Source of the DNA: a bacterium
GTDB lineage: Bacteria > Electryoneota > JAOADG01
Length of the DNA stretch: 64,000 bases
Assembly (NCBI GenBank): GCA_963681965.1
Contig: OY820579.1
Coordinates: 1,280,001 to 1,344,000 of the forward strand
Direction of reading: 5' to 3'
The notes below the pieces were generated by a model. It was not told the origin of the DNA and ran no database searches. It saw nothing but the letters and a program-made list of their open reading frames with translations. Of the stretch, positions 37,750-48,240 are shown one piece after another; positions within the stretch are counted from its first letter, which is position 1; each line of letters opens with the position of its first letter. A program made the translations under genes and the position numbers.

Positions 37750-39192
37750 TTATTTCTTCCAGTTACTTGGTAACGGTAGTAGATCTTGTTCGATTCCCGC
37801 ATTTTGTAGCTGCTCAATCAGGTGTTTCAATTCCAAAGATCGAAATTGATGTGGATTGATGTTGTTCGCCTCGAACAGCGCTACGATTTTTCGAAAATTT
37901 TCGATCGCAGCTTCGAACTGATGATCGGAGAGTACCCAAAATGTTTCGGAGAACAATAACGACAACTGGTATTGGAATGCTTGATTCAGTCCGACTTTCT
38001 GTTGTAGCTCAGTGAGGTATTGGTTTGCAGATGGATCGAGAACGTCGCGTAACACAATCACTAAACGCGACAAGAGGTTGATATGTGTATAAGTATCGTT
38101 ATCATTGTCGATATTAATCAAAGCATCCCGGTAGTGTCCAATTGCCTCGATCTTTTCACTAGTCAATTCGTGCACCATTCCCATCTTGAAAACGACACTC
38201 GCAGCATATGAGTCAAGATGAATGGATTCGGCAGCTTCGCGCGTGATAAAATAATGATTAATCGCCGCCGAATAATTCCCTGCGAAAAACTCGATATCTC
38301 CGAGTAAATGATGGACATTGACTTTTGTGCGGATACTTTCCGTTTTACGGTAGAGATCAATCCCTTCTTCAACAATTAAACGTGCTTCGTCCAATCTTCC
38401 GAGATTGCGATAGACCTGTCCCAAAGTTATTATTGCAGTACCTGTTATACTCGGTAAATCGGTCGATCGAGCGATTGCCAATGCGTCTAATGCATGTTGT
38501 TCTGCTCGGTCGAATTGTTGAAGTTGGATGAATGCATCGGCTAGTCGAGCATTCGCATATGCCGTTTCTTTTTTTAGCTGATGGCTGTTGGCAACGTTCA
38601 GTGACTCTTGCAAAGCAGTTATCCCGACGTTGATATTGCCCATTCCAATGACCGCTTGCGCATAATCGGAGAGATGAGACGACAACATTCGGGCATCGCC
38701 GGTTTCTCGATCGAGTTCGATTGCCTCCAACATCATTTGGCTACCTTTAACCAAATCGGTCCGCTCGATAGCCATCCCCGCGAGATTTCCTAAAACAACT
38801 GATGCACCGGGTTTTAAATCGATTGATCGAAAAATCGTCAATGCCTCAAGCAGTGCTTCTTCAGCTTCTGATGCATACCCTTGCCCGCGATAAAGATTGG
38901 ACATATTGCACAGAGTTGCGGCAATCTGACGCGGTTGCCCGATAATTCGAGCGAGATTCAGCGATTCGTGGTACAATTCAAAAGCACGATTAGATTCGCC
39001 GGAAGATAGTTCAACACTGGCGAGATCGTTTAATGCGCGGGCAAGTTCCATACTATTTTCTTCAATCCGGGCACGAGCGATTAAAGTCTGGAATTGATCT
39101 CTTGCAGCGCCGAGATTGTCGTTGATCCAGAGCTTGTGTGCAGATTGATAAAGCGCATCTAGCGATTGGGAATTATTTGATTCTGTGCTCAT
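37750..39192 (-). CDS. Tetratricopeptide-repeat protein
   Basis: Repeated A..L.NL(A/G)..Y...G....A......AL.I.R units. Confidence 0.85.
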   Translation of the reverse strand: MSTESNNSQSLDALYQSAHKLWINDNLGAARDQFQTLIARARIEENSMELARALNDLASVELSSGESNRAFELYHESLNLARIIGQPRQIAATLCNMSNLYRGQGYASEAEEALLEALTIFRSIDLKPGASVVLGNLAGMAIERTDLVKGSQMMLEAIELDRETGDARMLSSHLSDYAQAVIGMGNINVGITALQESLNVANSHQLKKETAYANARLADAFIQLQQFDRAEQHALDALAIARSTDLPSITGTAIITLGQVYRNLGRLDEARLIVEEGIDLYRKTESIRTKVNVHHLLGDIEFFAGNYSAAINHYFITREAAESIHLDSYAASVVFKMGMVHELTSEKIEAIGHYRDALINIDNDNDTYTHINLLSRLVIVLRDVLDPSANQYLTELQQKVGLNQAFQYQLSLLFSETFWVLSDHQFEAAIENFRKIVALFEANNINPHQFRSLELKHLIEQLQNAGIEQDLLPLPSNWKK

Positions 39193-39336
39193 TGAAGAAG
39201 TTTCACCCGATTAAATCGAAACAAGATAATCTGAATTTATTCAATATTCGAGTTACATCAGTATCTGAGGCATTCCGATTTCTTAATCGGTCAATATTTA
39301 TCATTATTTGTATTGAAATTATTTGCATTACGTGGT

Positions 39337-40221
39337 TTATTTCAGTCGAAGCGAGGCGACCTCGATTGCAACAGGAGATGAGTCGATTCCAATCCAATTT
39401 CGACCTAATTTCCTGGCGACTATACATGTAGTTCCGCTGCCACAGCAAGGATCGAGGATGATACTTTCAGGTTCCGACCAACCGAGAATTATTCGCTCTA
39501 GAAGCGCTTCCGGTTTTTGAGTTGGATATCCCGAACGTTCGATTGCCATCGGATTGAGTGCCGGGATTTCCCAGACATCGCTTGGTAGTTTGGTCGTGTT
39601 ATCAGGATCGATCCGGGCACCTTTCGGGTTTTGAGCACGAAGTAGAGCTTTTTCGGCACGGGGTTCGGGGATTCGTTCCGGGTGAAAAATCGATCCGGTT
39701 TTTGACTTGGAGTACCAGAAGATGATATCGTGCTTTTTTGCTAGAACACGTTTCCCGGCACCACCAGTGGAATATCGCCAAACAATCTCATTCCGAAAAT
39801 GACCATATCCAAAGAGATAATCGCAGATTACTTTTAAGTAATGACTCATCGTCGGGTCACAATGAAGGAATAGGTTGCCTCGATCCGAAATTCTTTCATG
39901 ACAATGGGCAATTCGAATCGCCAAATGAGTTAGATAAGTGATTGCGGATTTTGGGATTATGTTATCATTCCAGCTTATGAACAAGGATGTCAATCGCGGA
40001 GCGATTTGCGTGAGTGCAATCTGTTCCGACGAAAGATCGGTATCATGCCACACATCCGAAAAACCAATTTCACTCGGCGTTAATCTTGCCGATTGGGTTT
40101 TAAAGACTCGTTGAGTATAAAATGGCGGGTCGAGATATACTAGATCGAATTTGATGCTTGAGCCAGTTAATGCAAGCTGGTTGAAAAAATCGAGGTTGTC
40201 GCTGTGGATTAATTGATTCAT
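39337..40221 (-). CDS. Site-specific amino-methyltransferase (N6A/N4C, beta class)
   Basis: YLDPPF, FRNEIVW, YPTQKPEALLERII, LDPCCGSGTT. Confidence 0.93.
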   Translation of the reverse strand: MNQLIHSDNLDFFNQLALTGSSIKFDLVYLDPPFYTQRVFKTQSARLTPSEIGFSDVWHDTDLSSEQIALTQIAPRLTSLFISWNDNIIPKSAITYLTHLAIRIAHCHERISDRGNLFLHCDPTMSHYLKVICDYLFGYGHFRNEIVWRYSTGGAGKRVLAKKHDIIFWYSKSKTGSIFHPERIPEPRAEKALLRAQNPKGARIDPDNTTKLPSDVWEIPALNPMAIERSGYPTQKPEALLERIILGWSEPESIILDPCCGSGTTCIVARKLGRNWIGIDSSPVAIEVASLRLK

Positions 40222-40922
40222 TACAATTCTTTAAGTTAACATCGCACTGTCACAGGCGAATAGAATAATTTACTACGTTTTCAGGCGGAGACAATGCGAT
40301 TAGATCTTTATTGTAAACTGTGATCTTAAATTTGGTTTAAATCTTAGTTCAAGTCCTGATTTCATCAGTGAGAATCGGTTGTGATTTCACAATCGCATTT
40401 CATTTCGATTTTTTCGTTTTTCGTCGACTTCTCAAAGAATTTGAGTAGTATACACAATTATGTGCAGATTATTGCGATATTTATCTAAAAAGAAGCAATA
40501 ATCAAATCAAAACCACATACATTCGTAGATTTAGGAAGTTGTGATTACATTTCCGAATTGCTATCTTCGAGATGGTGTTTTGGATTGATCCGCTTAGTTG
40601 ATTGCAATCAGATTGAATCATTGCCGTTTAAGACACGTTTTAATCTGGTGGAATTAAGGTGCATCAAATAAGTTAAATTGATGTCGCGTAATCTAAATGA
40701 GCGAATTGCCAGTTTTACCTGTTCGAGAGAAGAGTTGACGCGGCGCATACTTCGGGATTGCATTTTATCGTATTTTATTCATCGAAGTAACGAACACCTC
40801 AATTAAATTCGTCAATAAAGCGAATTTCTAGTTTTTCTTGTGGTATTTATGTGAAGTCGTACGAGCGTGGAGATAATTTTAATGTGTTGTGAAATAGTAT
40901 TATCGATGGTCTGGAGCGTTAA

Positions 40923-42203
40923 ATGAATGTAATAGAGAACAAGAGCAATAAAAAAAAGGTACAGTTATTCTGGTCCGCAATTTTTAGTATTTATCTCTTT
41001 ATTCTCCTTTTCGTTGGTCGATTTGAAGCAATGACTTTTTCGATAAATAAAATATTGAGTCCACTCTTTGTGCTTATTATTACATTAGTCTTTTTTAAAC
41101 AAATCTATCACTTGCCAATGGAAATGGCTTATTTCGCTGCGTTTGTTGCTTGGTGTGCAACGGGTATCGTTGTTTACATGATTCCTCAATTTTTCTGGCA
41201 ACAATATTTTAGAATAATCGGTGTCTTTTTTCTAACCCTCATTGTCGTACTAATTGTTTCGAGATTTGGAGAAATTAAATACCCTCTGCTGGCAATTTTT
41301 CTAGTAGCAATGGCTTTCCGGTTCCACAGTTTTTTAACTGGATCAGTTTTAGGTCTCGAAAATAGCTCCGAAGCCATCCGAGAGCGAGGTCTAATCGGTA
41401 ATGCAAATGGTTTCGGATTCATTATGTTTACCGGAATTATTAGTATTTTCTACTTCTGGCGAACATCGAAAATGTTTTCGAAAACAATGATAATAATCGG
41501 GATGATTCCCCTTAGTACGGGCATTTTATTATCTGCTTCCCGAAAATCATTTATGACCTTGTTACTTTTCTTTGCGTTGTGGCTCTGGTTTTGCGCTCGA
41601 AAAATGCTCCTCAGAAACAAGTACTATTTCATTCTCAGTGTGTTGTTGATCATTGGCGCCTATCAAGGGACTGGGTATGTCTTGCAAAATACTTACTTAG
41701 GTGTCCGTCTTTCGAAAATGCAAGAAGATGAAGGGTATTTAGGTCAAACCCGCATGAAACTCTATCGTGAAGGGTTTGATATGGTTAAAAAATATCCAAT
41801 CACAGGGGTTGGTCTCGGTAACTATGGATACCATGCATCAAAACAAACCTATGCTCACTCCGATGTCATGGAAGTCTGGTCTACAACTGGTTCGATTGGA
41901 TTGATTCTCTACGTTTCGATGTACATTATGCTTTGGATAAGGATGAATCGGTTGTTAAGAATGAATCTTGATGAAGAACAGCGCTATACGATCAACTTTT
42001 GGAAGGTGCTGATTGTCTCATTTATCATTTTGGGAATCGGAAGACCGAATTTCTCAGATTACATCTTAATGACATTTATGGGGTTAATCATCGGATATGT
42101 TCGATATGTCGAGATCGAAGTACGTAGGAGGATCGCCGCAAAACGCTTTCAATACGAGAACCGTCCCCAACTATCAACAGCAGGTGTACTAAGTAATGCG
42201 TAA
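40923..42203 (+). CDS. O-antigen ligase/polymerase (Wzy_C) family protein
   Basis: Many TM helices; GNANGFG, SASRK, PITGVGLGNY, YAHS. Confidence 0.85.
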   Translation: MNVIENKSNKKKVQLFWSAIFSIYLFILLFVGRFEAMTFSINKILSPLFVLIITLVFFKQIYHLPMEMAYFAAFVAWCATGIVVYMIPQFFWQQYFRIIGVFFLTLIVVLIVSRFGEIKYPLLAIFLVAMAFRFHSFLTGSVLGLENSSEAIRERGLIGNANGFGFIMFTGIISIFYFWRTSKMFSKTMIIIGMIPLSTGILLSASRKSFMTLLLFFALWLWFCARKMLLRNKYYFILSVLLIIGAYQGTGYVLQNTYLGVRLSKMQEDEGYLGQTRMKLYREGFDMVKKYPITGVGLGNYGYHASKQTYAHSDVMEVWSTTGSIGLILYVSMYIMLWIRMNRLLRMNLDEEQRYTINFWKVLIVSFIILGIGRPNFSDYILMTFMGLIIGYVRYVEIEVRRRIAAKRFQYENRPQLSTAGVLSNA

Positions 42204-42230
42204 CCGCGATTTACTTCGATATTCGAGGGA

Positions 42231-43394
42231 ATGTACCGAATGACAATTAAGCAGTATTCACCGGATCATTTAACAGTTTGTCATATTAGTAGTATGCATC
42301 CGGTAGACGACGATCGAATTTTTCAGCGCGCTTGTTTTGGTTTGACGAAGATCGGTTGCAAGGTTACTTATCTTGTGACAAATCCCAAATCGGAAACTAT
42401 CCTTGGGGTAGATATTGTCGCATTAACTCCCAGAATCGGTTGGAAACGCCGACTATTTAGCTCGTATGAAGCCTATCGAAAAGGCCGCAAAATTCCGGCC
42501 GATATATATCATTTTCACGATCCCGATCTATTACCTTGGATGTTTTTACTCGCAATTCAAGGAAAACCTGTTGTTTATGATATTCACGAAAACTATCTTG
42601 ACCGATTTACGCGATTCCCATTAACTAAAGTAACCTCTAAGATTTTCAAGCTAGTCGAGAATTTCATCGTTAAAAGGCTTGCCGGTGCAATCACTGTATC
42701 AGATTCTTTGGCTAAATATTATTTACCTGTCGCAAAACGGCACTGTATTGTTCGAAATGTGGTAAGTTTAGCCCGATTGCAGATGGTCAATCTCGATGTT
42801 CCGAAATCCCCAGTTCCATTAATCTACACTTCCGGTATCATCAACGATCGACGGAATTGTCGACAATCGATCGAAGCAATGCCCTACTTGCTTAAACGCG
42901 TCCCCAATGCTCAATTGATGTTTGCCGGATTTTTCGATCCCGACGATTACGCAGAAACCTTAATGAATCTGGCAAAAAAACTGGGCGTCGCCGATCATCT
43001 AATTCTCGGCGAACCAATGCCGTGGCTAGAGAATTTTCAACGGACAATCCGAGCGCACATCGGATTGGTTGTTATGGAAGACACACTTAACGCTAGAGTA
43101 GCACTGTCGAATCGGGTATTTGAATATATGTATTGCAAGATACCCGTGGTTGCCGACGATCAACCCGAATTTCGAAAGCTAATCGAAGAGACTGAATGTG
43201 GTATCCTCACGAATTCTTGCGATCCTGAAAGGTATGCCAACGATATTGCAAACCTTATTGAAAATCCACAACTTGCTGCCAAATTGGGGGCAAACGGAAA
43301 TAAAGCAATTACGACCAAATACAATATGGAACATGAATTGGAAAATATGATGGAGTTTTATCGTCAGATTTTAACCGATGCGGGAAAGAAATAA
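42231..43394 (+). CDS. GT4 glycosyltransferase
   Basis: HPVDDDRIF, YHFHDP, YDIHE, NRVFEYM...PVV. Confidence 0.92.
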   Translation: MYRMTIKQYSPDHLTVCHISSMHPVDDDRIFQRACFGLTKIGCKVTYLVTNPKSETILGVDIVALTPRIGWKRRLFSSYEAYRKGRKIPADIYHFHDPDLLPWMFLLAIQGKPVVYDIHENYLDRFTRFPLTKVTSKIFKLVENFIVKRLAGAITVSDSLAKYYLPVAKRHCIVRNVVSLARLQMVNLDVPKSPVPLIYTSGIINDRRNCRQSIEAMPYLLKRVPNAQLMFAGFFDPDDYAETLMNLAKKLGVADHLILGEPMPWLENFQRTIRAHIGLVVMEDTLNARVALSNRVFEYMYCKIPVVADDQPEFRKLIEETECGILTNSCDPERYANDIANLIENPQLAAKLGANGNKAITTKYNMEHELENMMEFYRQILTDAGKK

Positions 43395-43443
43395 TTTGCT
43401 GCTGGCTCGCATTGCTGGGTTCGACATTTCAGAGGATTAATGA

Positions 43444-44568
43444 ATGAATAGTCTATTCAACTGGGTGGCAAAAAATAAGAATCTTCGAAAAGCTGTTCCA
43501 CCTTGGCTTCGGCGGTTAGCGCGAAAATCTTCGGTAATTTATCGCTACAATCAATTTCAATGGCGCGCTGACAATCCGTATTATGGAACTCCGACCGAGT
43601 GGCACTACACCGGATCAACCGGAAAAAGAATCGGTATTGTTTTCAGTTTGCAACATGACCATCGGAATTTCATGGCAGCTTGTCAGGAAATGGGCATCTC
43701 GTACGAAGTAGTTGACATTTTTTGCGATGACTGGATCGAAAAGATAAAGCAAAGCAATTGCGAGGTCTTTGTTGCCTGGCCTACTGTAGCAACGACCTTA
43801 TGGAAAGAAATCTTCGACGAACGTATTTATACGTTAGTTAACTTCCTTGGAAAAAAAGTTTATCCTACACTTCCCGAATTCTGGGCATACGAAAGTAAGC
43901 GTCGCGAGCGGGATTGGTTTGTTATTCACAATATCGAACATCCCACGACATGGGTATTTACCGACGAAGATGAAGCATTGAACTTTGTGGAAAAATGCGA
44001 TCTGCCAATCGTTTTTAAAACCAATACTGGCGCCAGCTCCAAAGGGGTTTTAATTCTTCGCGATCGAAGTAAAATTAGAAAACTTGTTCAAAAGACCTTT
44101 AAATATGGGTTTGTTGTTGAGCGAGGAGATCCACGCGATCGACAATGGGGAGTAGTCATTTTTCAACAATACTTACCCAATGCGAAAGAATGGCGGATGG
44201 TCAGAATCGGCGATGCATATTTTTGCAGAATTAAAGGGAAAGCCGGCGATTTCCACAGTGGTTCCGGATCGCTCATTTGGGGCGATCCGCCACGATACCT
44301 CTTGGATCGAATCCGTAAAATCACGACCGACGCTGGTTACACTAGCATGAACATCGACTTCTTCGAAACCGAAGACGGTAAGTTTGTGGTGAATGAAATG
44401 CACACTGTTTTCGGTGGAAATCCGGTCTGTGGAAATGAAAAAATGAAGGGACGATTCCTGTACAATCAGGAAACCGACCAGTGGAATTTCGAGCCCGGTG
44501 ATTTCTACCGCAACGCTTGCGCAAATGCGCGAATAGAATATGTGCTTCAAACGATGCTCAAAGACTAA
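43444..44568 (+). CDS. RimK-like ATP-grasp protein
   Basis: PIVFKTNTGASSKGV, FQQYL, EWR, IDFF, VNEM. Confidence 0.8.
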   Translation: MNSLFNWVAKNKNLRKAVPPWLRRLARKSSVIYRYNQFQWRADNPYYGTPTEWHYTGSTGKRIGIVFSLQHDHRNFMAACQEMGISYEVVDIFCDDWIEKIKQSNCEVFVAWPTVATTLWKEIFDERIYTLVNFLGKKVYPTLPEFWAYESKRRERDWFVIHNIEHPTTWVFTDEDEALNFVEKCDLPIVFKTNTGASSKGVLILRDRSKIRKLVQKTFKYGFVVERGDPRDRQWGVVIFQQYLPNAKEWRMVRIGDAYFCRIKGKAGDFHSGSGSLIWGDPPRYLLDRIRKITTDAGYTSMNIDFFETEDGKFVVNEMHTVFGGNPVCGNEKMKGRFLYNQETDQWNFEPGDFYRNACANARIEYVLQTMLKD

Positions 44569-44631
44569 TCCAATTGATAAGTTCTGTCTTGTTGAGAATA
44601 CTATCATCCAGCAAGTTGTAGTGTCGCGACA

Positions 44632-45894
44632 GTGATTCGCAGATCAAGTGAGATAACAACGAAAGAACGGCAACGACTAAAAGTCCTCTTATTGGTAAAC
44701 GGTTTTCCAACCGAGGATTCACCGTCGCGCGGTGTTTTCAATCTGCGTGCTGCGAAAAGTCTCAAACCGTTAGTTGACCTAAAAGTGCTCCAAATTCGGT
44801 ATTGGCGTCCGGGACGAAAAATCTTTTCCATAGTACCCATCGACGATATCGAACGCGGCATCCTTACTGTACCGGTGATACCACCGATCGGATATACCCC
44901 CCTCGATCACTCTACTTACGCGCTTGGTCTGCGCACCTTCCGGTTTTTCGGCTCGCGAATTCTGAAACAATGGCTGGCGGAATGCGATATCATTCATTCG
45001 GTTGGAGCGCAAGAATCCAGTGTTATTGGTAGCTATTGGGCAAAATGCAGTGGTAAACATCACGTTGCGCAAGCGATTGGAACCGATGTCAATTCCGATT
45101 TCAAATTTATGCATCGTTGGTCTACTGTAATTGGTTGGGATAAGTGGGTCCAGGGTGTGTCCTGCAATAGCGCCGCACTTGCAACTGAATTCTTTAAATA
45201 TTATCCGAATGTACCCAATGTCCGAGCGATATACCGCGGAGTTGATGTCGAACAATTCCGACCCGATGGTGACAAATGGGGGCCGTTGGCGCAGATCGAC
45301 CATCCCACCCGCTATTTGTATCTAGGTGGATTGCCAAGCTACAATCCCGAATTCGGTGCGAATATGAAGGGTGGTGTCAATCTAATGGATGCATGGAAAC
45401 AAGCCGAATCTGACGACCGAACGAAACAAACCACCTTGTTATTCGCTGGTCCGAAAGCCGATTGCGAGCAGTCGCGGCAATGGCATCTAACGCTGAAACA
45501 TCCGGAACGAGTCTTCATAACGAATTCAATACATCCAAGCAATTTATCAAAATTGTACCGGTCGGTCGATGTCGTTATTGTCCCGAGTATGGCAGAAGGA
45601 ACGCCAAATGTCGCATTAGAAGCATCTTCTTCAGGATGCGCAGTAATCGGAAGCGATGCCGGAGGTACCCCTGAGATCGTCGAACATGGCAAAACTGGAC
45701 TTATATATCCTAGGGGAGATGCTATACAACTTCGCGAAATACTTCTAGCCTACTCCGATAATTTCGACGCGATCAGCCAAATGGGAAAAGCCGCCCGTGA
45801 CAGAATGGTACAGCATTTTAACAAAGATAACTTTGCCCGAATGATCTTGGAACTCTATTACGATGCAATGAAGCTCCCATTACCCGTCAAGTAA
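44632..45894 (+). CDS. GT4 glycosyltransferase
   Basis: RGVDVEQFRP, MKGG, PSMAEGTPNVALEA, SDAGGTPEIV. Confidence 0.92.
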   Translation: MIRRSSEITTKERQRLKVLLLVNGFPTEDSPSRGVFNLRAAKSLKPLVDLKVLQIRYWRPGRKIFSIVPIDDIERGILTVPVIPPIGYTPLDHSTYALGLRTFRFFGSRILKQWLAECDIIHSVGAQESSVIGSYWAKCSGKHHVAQAIGTDVNSDFKFMHRWSTVIGWDKWVQGVSCNSAALATEFFKYYPNVPNVRAIYRGVDVEQFRPDGDKWGPLAQIDHPTRYLYLGGLPSYNPEFGANMKGGVNLMDAWKQAESDDRTKQTTLLFAGPKADCEQSRQWHLTLKHPERVFITNSIHPSNLSKLYRSVDVVIVPSMAEGTPNVALEASSSGCAVIGSDAGGTPEIVEHGKTGLIYPRGDAIQLREILLAYSDNFDAISQMGKAARDRMVQHFNKDNFARMILELYYDAMKLPLPVK

Positions 45895-46144
45895 GAATTG
45901 TACGTACTTCCTTCAATAAAAAAGAATACTAATCTTACCCGATTGTTTCCATATTGAATCCCTATTTCCATTCTCAATTTAGAATCCTGTAAATTTCGAG
46001 GCATTCTGTTAGGATTATGTGTATATTAATTGAAACGATTGATTGGGTGACTGCATCGTAACTGCAGATTGGTCGATCAATCGGAGTAAACTTCACTACA
46101 TTCGGTTCATCTGTTCTCGATACCGAAATTATTCGAGATCAATC

Positions 46145-46864
46145 ATGGTTTTCGATCAATCAGAATTCGATATCCGCTGCGAGTGGGGTAGCCACGGTGC
46201 ACGCGAGCTGGCACCAATCAGCGATGCAGTGATTATCGTCGACTTGATGTCGTTTTCGACATCGGTTTCGATCGCGATCGCTCGCGGTGCGCATGTCATA
46301 CCATTCCGCCGCAATGACCCCACAAAATTTAGTTTCGCCAAATCGCAAAATGCCGAATTGGCAAAATCGCGTGGTTCCGGACCCTATTCACTCTCTCCGG
46401 CATCCATCCAAATGATCCCATCTGGAACAAGATTGGTGTTGCCCTCACCGAACGGTTCGGCGATTTCACTCTCAACCGGAATGACGCCAACATTTGCCGG
46501 ATGTTTAAGAAATGCCAAAGCCGTGGCTCTGGCAGCCCAAAAGTACGGACCGAAGATTGCGGTGATTCCAGCCGGAGAACGCTGGAGTGACGACGATAGT
46601 ATGAGACCGGCATTCGAGGACTTAATCGGTGCAGGTGCTATTATACAACACTTGACCGGTCGATTGTCGCCAGATGCTTTCGCGGCTGTGGCAGCATATC
46701 GTGCTGTAGAAATGAATATTTTTGAAGTATTGATGCAGTGCAGTTCCGGAAAAGAGTTGATCGAGCGAGGTTATGAAAGCGATTTGGAACTGATCGCGGA
46801 TCTGGATGCCGATACTAAAGCGCCTGTGTTAAGAGATGGTATGTATGTGTCGGCGAATCCCTAA
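46145..46864 (+). CDS. 2-phosphosulfolactate phosphatase (ComB) family
   Basis: IVDLMSFST, SLSP, SPNGS, GCLRNA, AGERW, EDLIGAG. Confidence 0.88.
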   Translation: MVFDQSEFDIRCEWGSHGARELAPISDAVIIVDLMSFSTSVSIAIARGAHVIPFRRNDPTKFSFAKSQNAELAKSRGSGPYSLSPASIQMIPSGTRLVLPSPNGSAISLSTGMTPTFAGCLRNAKAVALAAQKYGPKIAVIPAGERWSDDDSMRPAFEDLIGAGAIIQHLTGRLSPDAFAAVAAYRAVEMNIFEVLMQCSSGKELIERGYESDLELIADLDADTKAPVLRDGMYVSANP

Positions 46865-46904
46865 CCTAAGTCGATCCGGTTCAAGAATATCATCGGACAA
46901 AACG

Positions 46905-46931
46905 AAAAAGACGCACAATCGTGCGTCTTTT
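46905..46931. terminator. Bidirectional intrinsic terminator
   Basis: AAAAAGACGCAC-AATC-GTGCGTCTTTT between convergent genes. Confidence 0.8.
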
Positions 46932-46952
46932 CAGTTGGATTGGATAATTGGT

Positions 46953-48176
46953 TTATTCGTATCGTAACGCTTCAATCGGATTTGAGGCAGACGCTTTTTG
47001 TGCGGGATAGATCCCGAAAAAGATCCCGACTGCTGCAGAGAATCCGACTGCGATTGCAACCGATTGCGGCGATACGAAAACGACCCACCCGGCAAATTTC
47101 GAGATGATATTTGCTGCAAGAATACCGAGCATCACACCGATAAAACCACCAGCGATCGACAAAGAACTTGCTTCCAACAAAAATTGAGTTCGGATCGCAC
47201 TTCGACGCGCACCCAGCGCCATCCTCAACCCGATTTCGCGCGTTCGTTCCGCGACACTGACCAACATAATATTCATAATCCCGATACCACCGACTATCAA
47301 TGATATTCCGGCGATCGAACCCAGCAAAATGCTTAAAACACCACTAGTTGATCCGGCTAATTGTTGAATATCGGTTTGCGATCGAAGCGAGTACGGCGAC
47401 GATTCTGAACTTGGAACCCGATGCCGTTGCCGAAGTAAAGCATCGACATCCTCGGAAACTTGAGTGATCGCTTTGTCGTTGGCGGCTGAAATCATCATCC
47501 CGCGAATATGATCGTCGTGCGATAATCGGCGCATAACGGTGGTGTACGGGGCGAGAATGATGTCGTCCTGATCCTGACCCATTACATTTTGACCCTTTTT
47601 GTCAAGGACCCCGATAACTTTAAAAGGTATCTTTTTGATTCGAATGGTCTGACCCACTGGATCGTTGCCGTCGGGGAACAATTGATCGACGATTGTCTGA
47701 CCGATTAGGCATATTTTCGCTTGATTTCGTACATCGGAAGCGGTGAAGTTATCGCCCGATACGACTGTCCATTCGCGAATTGCGAGAAAATATTCATTGG
47801 CTCCTTGAATCTGCGTCTGCCAGTTGAGTGCTCCTGCAACAATTTGACCACCCGCGCGGGTTTGAGGGGTAACGAGCGAAACATTCGGAACTTCGTTTAA
47901 AATTGCATCGCAATCTTCCGCATCAATCGAAAAAGTACCCGATCCCGCGCCACCGGAAAAGCCGCGAAAATTGCCACCACCTGGAAAAACCATAATCACA
48001 GAGCTTCCCAGCGAAGCAATTTGATCGGCGACTTGTTTTTGTGCACCGGCACCAACTGCACCCATCGCTACGACAGCACCAACGCCGATAATAATGCCCA
48101 AAGCAGTCAAAAATGCTCGCATGCGATTCCGATTGAGGGCTCGGACTGCTTCTTGAATGATATAGAATAAAGCCAT
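46953..48176 (-). CDS. MacB/FtsX-family ABC permease (no NBD)
   Basis: RAFLTALGIIIGV, GGIGIMNIMLVSVAERTREIGLRMALGA, PIEALRYE. Confidence 0.93.
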   Translation of the reverse strand: MALFYIIQEAVRALNRNRMRAFLTALGIIIGVGAVVAMGAVGAGAQKQVADQIASLGSSVIMVFPGGGNFRGFSGGAGSGTFSIDAEDCDAILNEVPNVSLVTPQTRAGGQIVAGALNWQTQIQGANEYFLAIREWTVVSGDNFTASDVRNQAKICLIGQTIVDQLFPDGNDPVGQTIRIKKIPFKVIGVLDKKGQNVMGQDQDDIILAPYTTVMRRLSHDDHIRGMMISAANDKAITQVSEDVDALLRQRHRVPSSESSPYSLRSQTDIQQLAGSTSGVLSILLGSIAGISLIVGGIGIMNIMLVSVAERTREIGLRMALGARRSAIRTQFLLEASSLSIAGGFIGVMLGILAANIISKFAGWVVFVSPQSVAIAVGFSAAVGIFFGIYPAQKASASNPIEALRYE

Positions 48177-48240
48177 AATGTTAATCACTCGCTTAAACGC
48201 CAATTTCACTAGCGATTCATTCGCGATACAATTGAATATT

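Noticed and set aside
46145-46864. ComB-like gene as evidence of coenzyme M synthesis
   Set aside because: Stand-alone ComB homologues are widespread and no other com genes are present.
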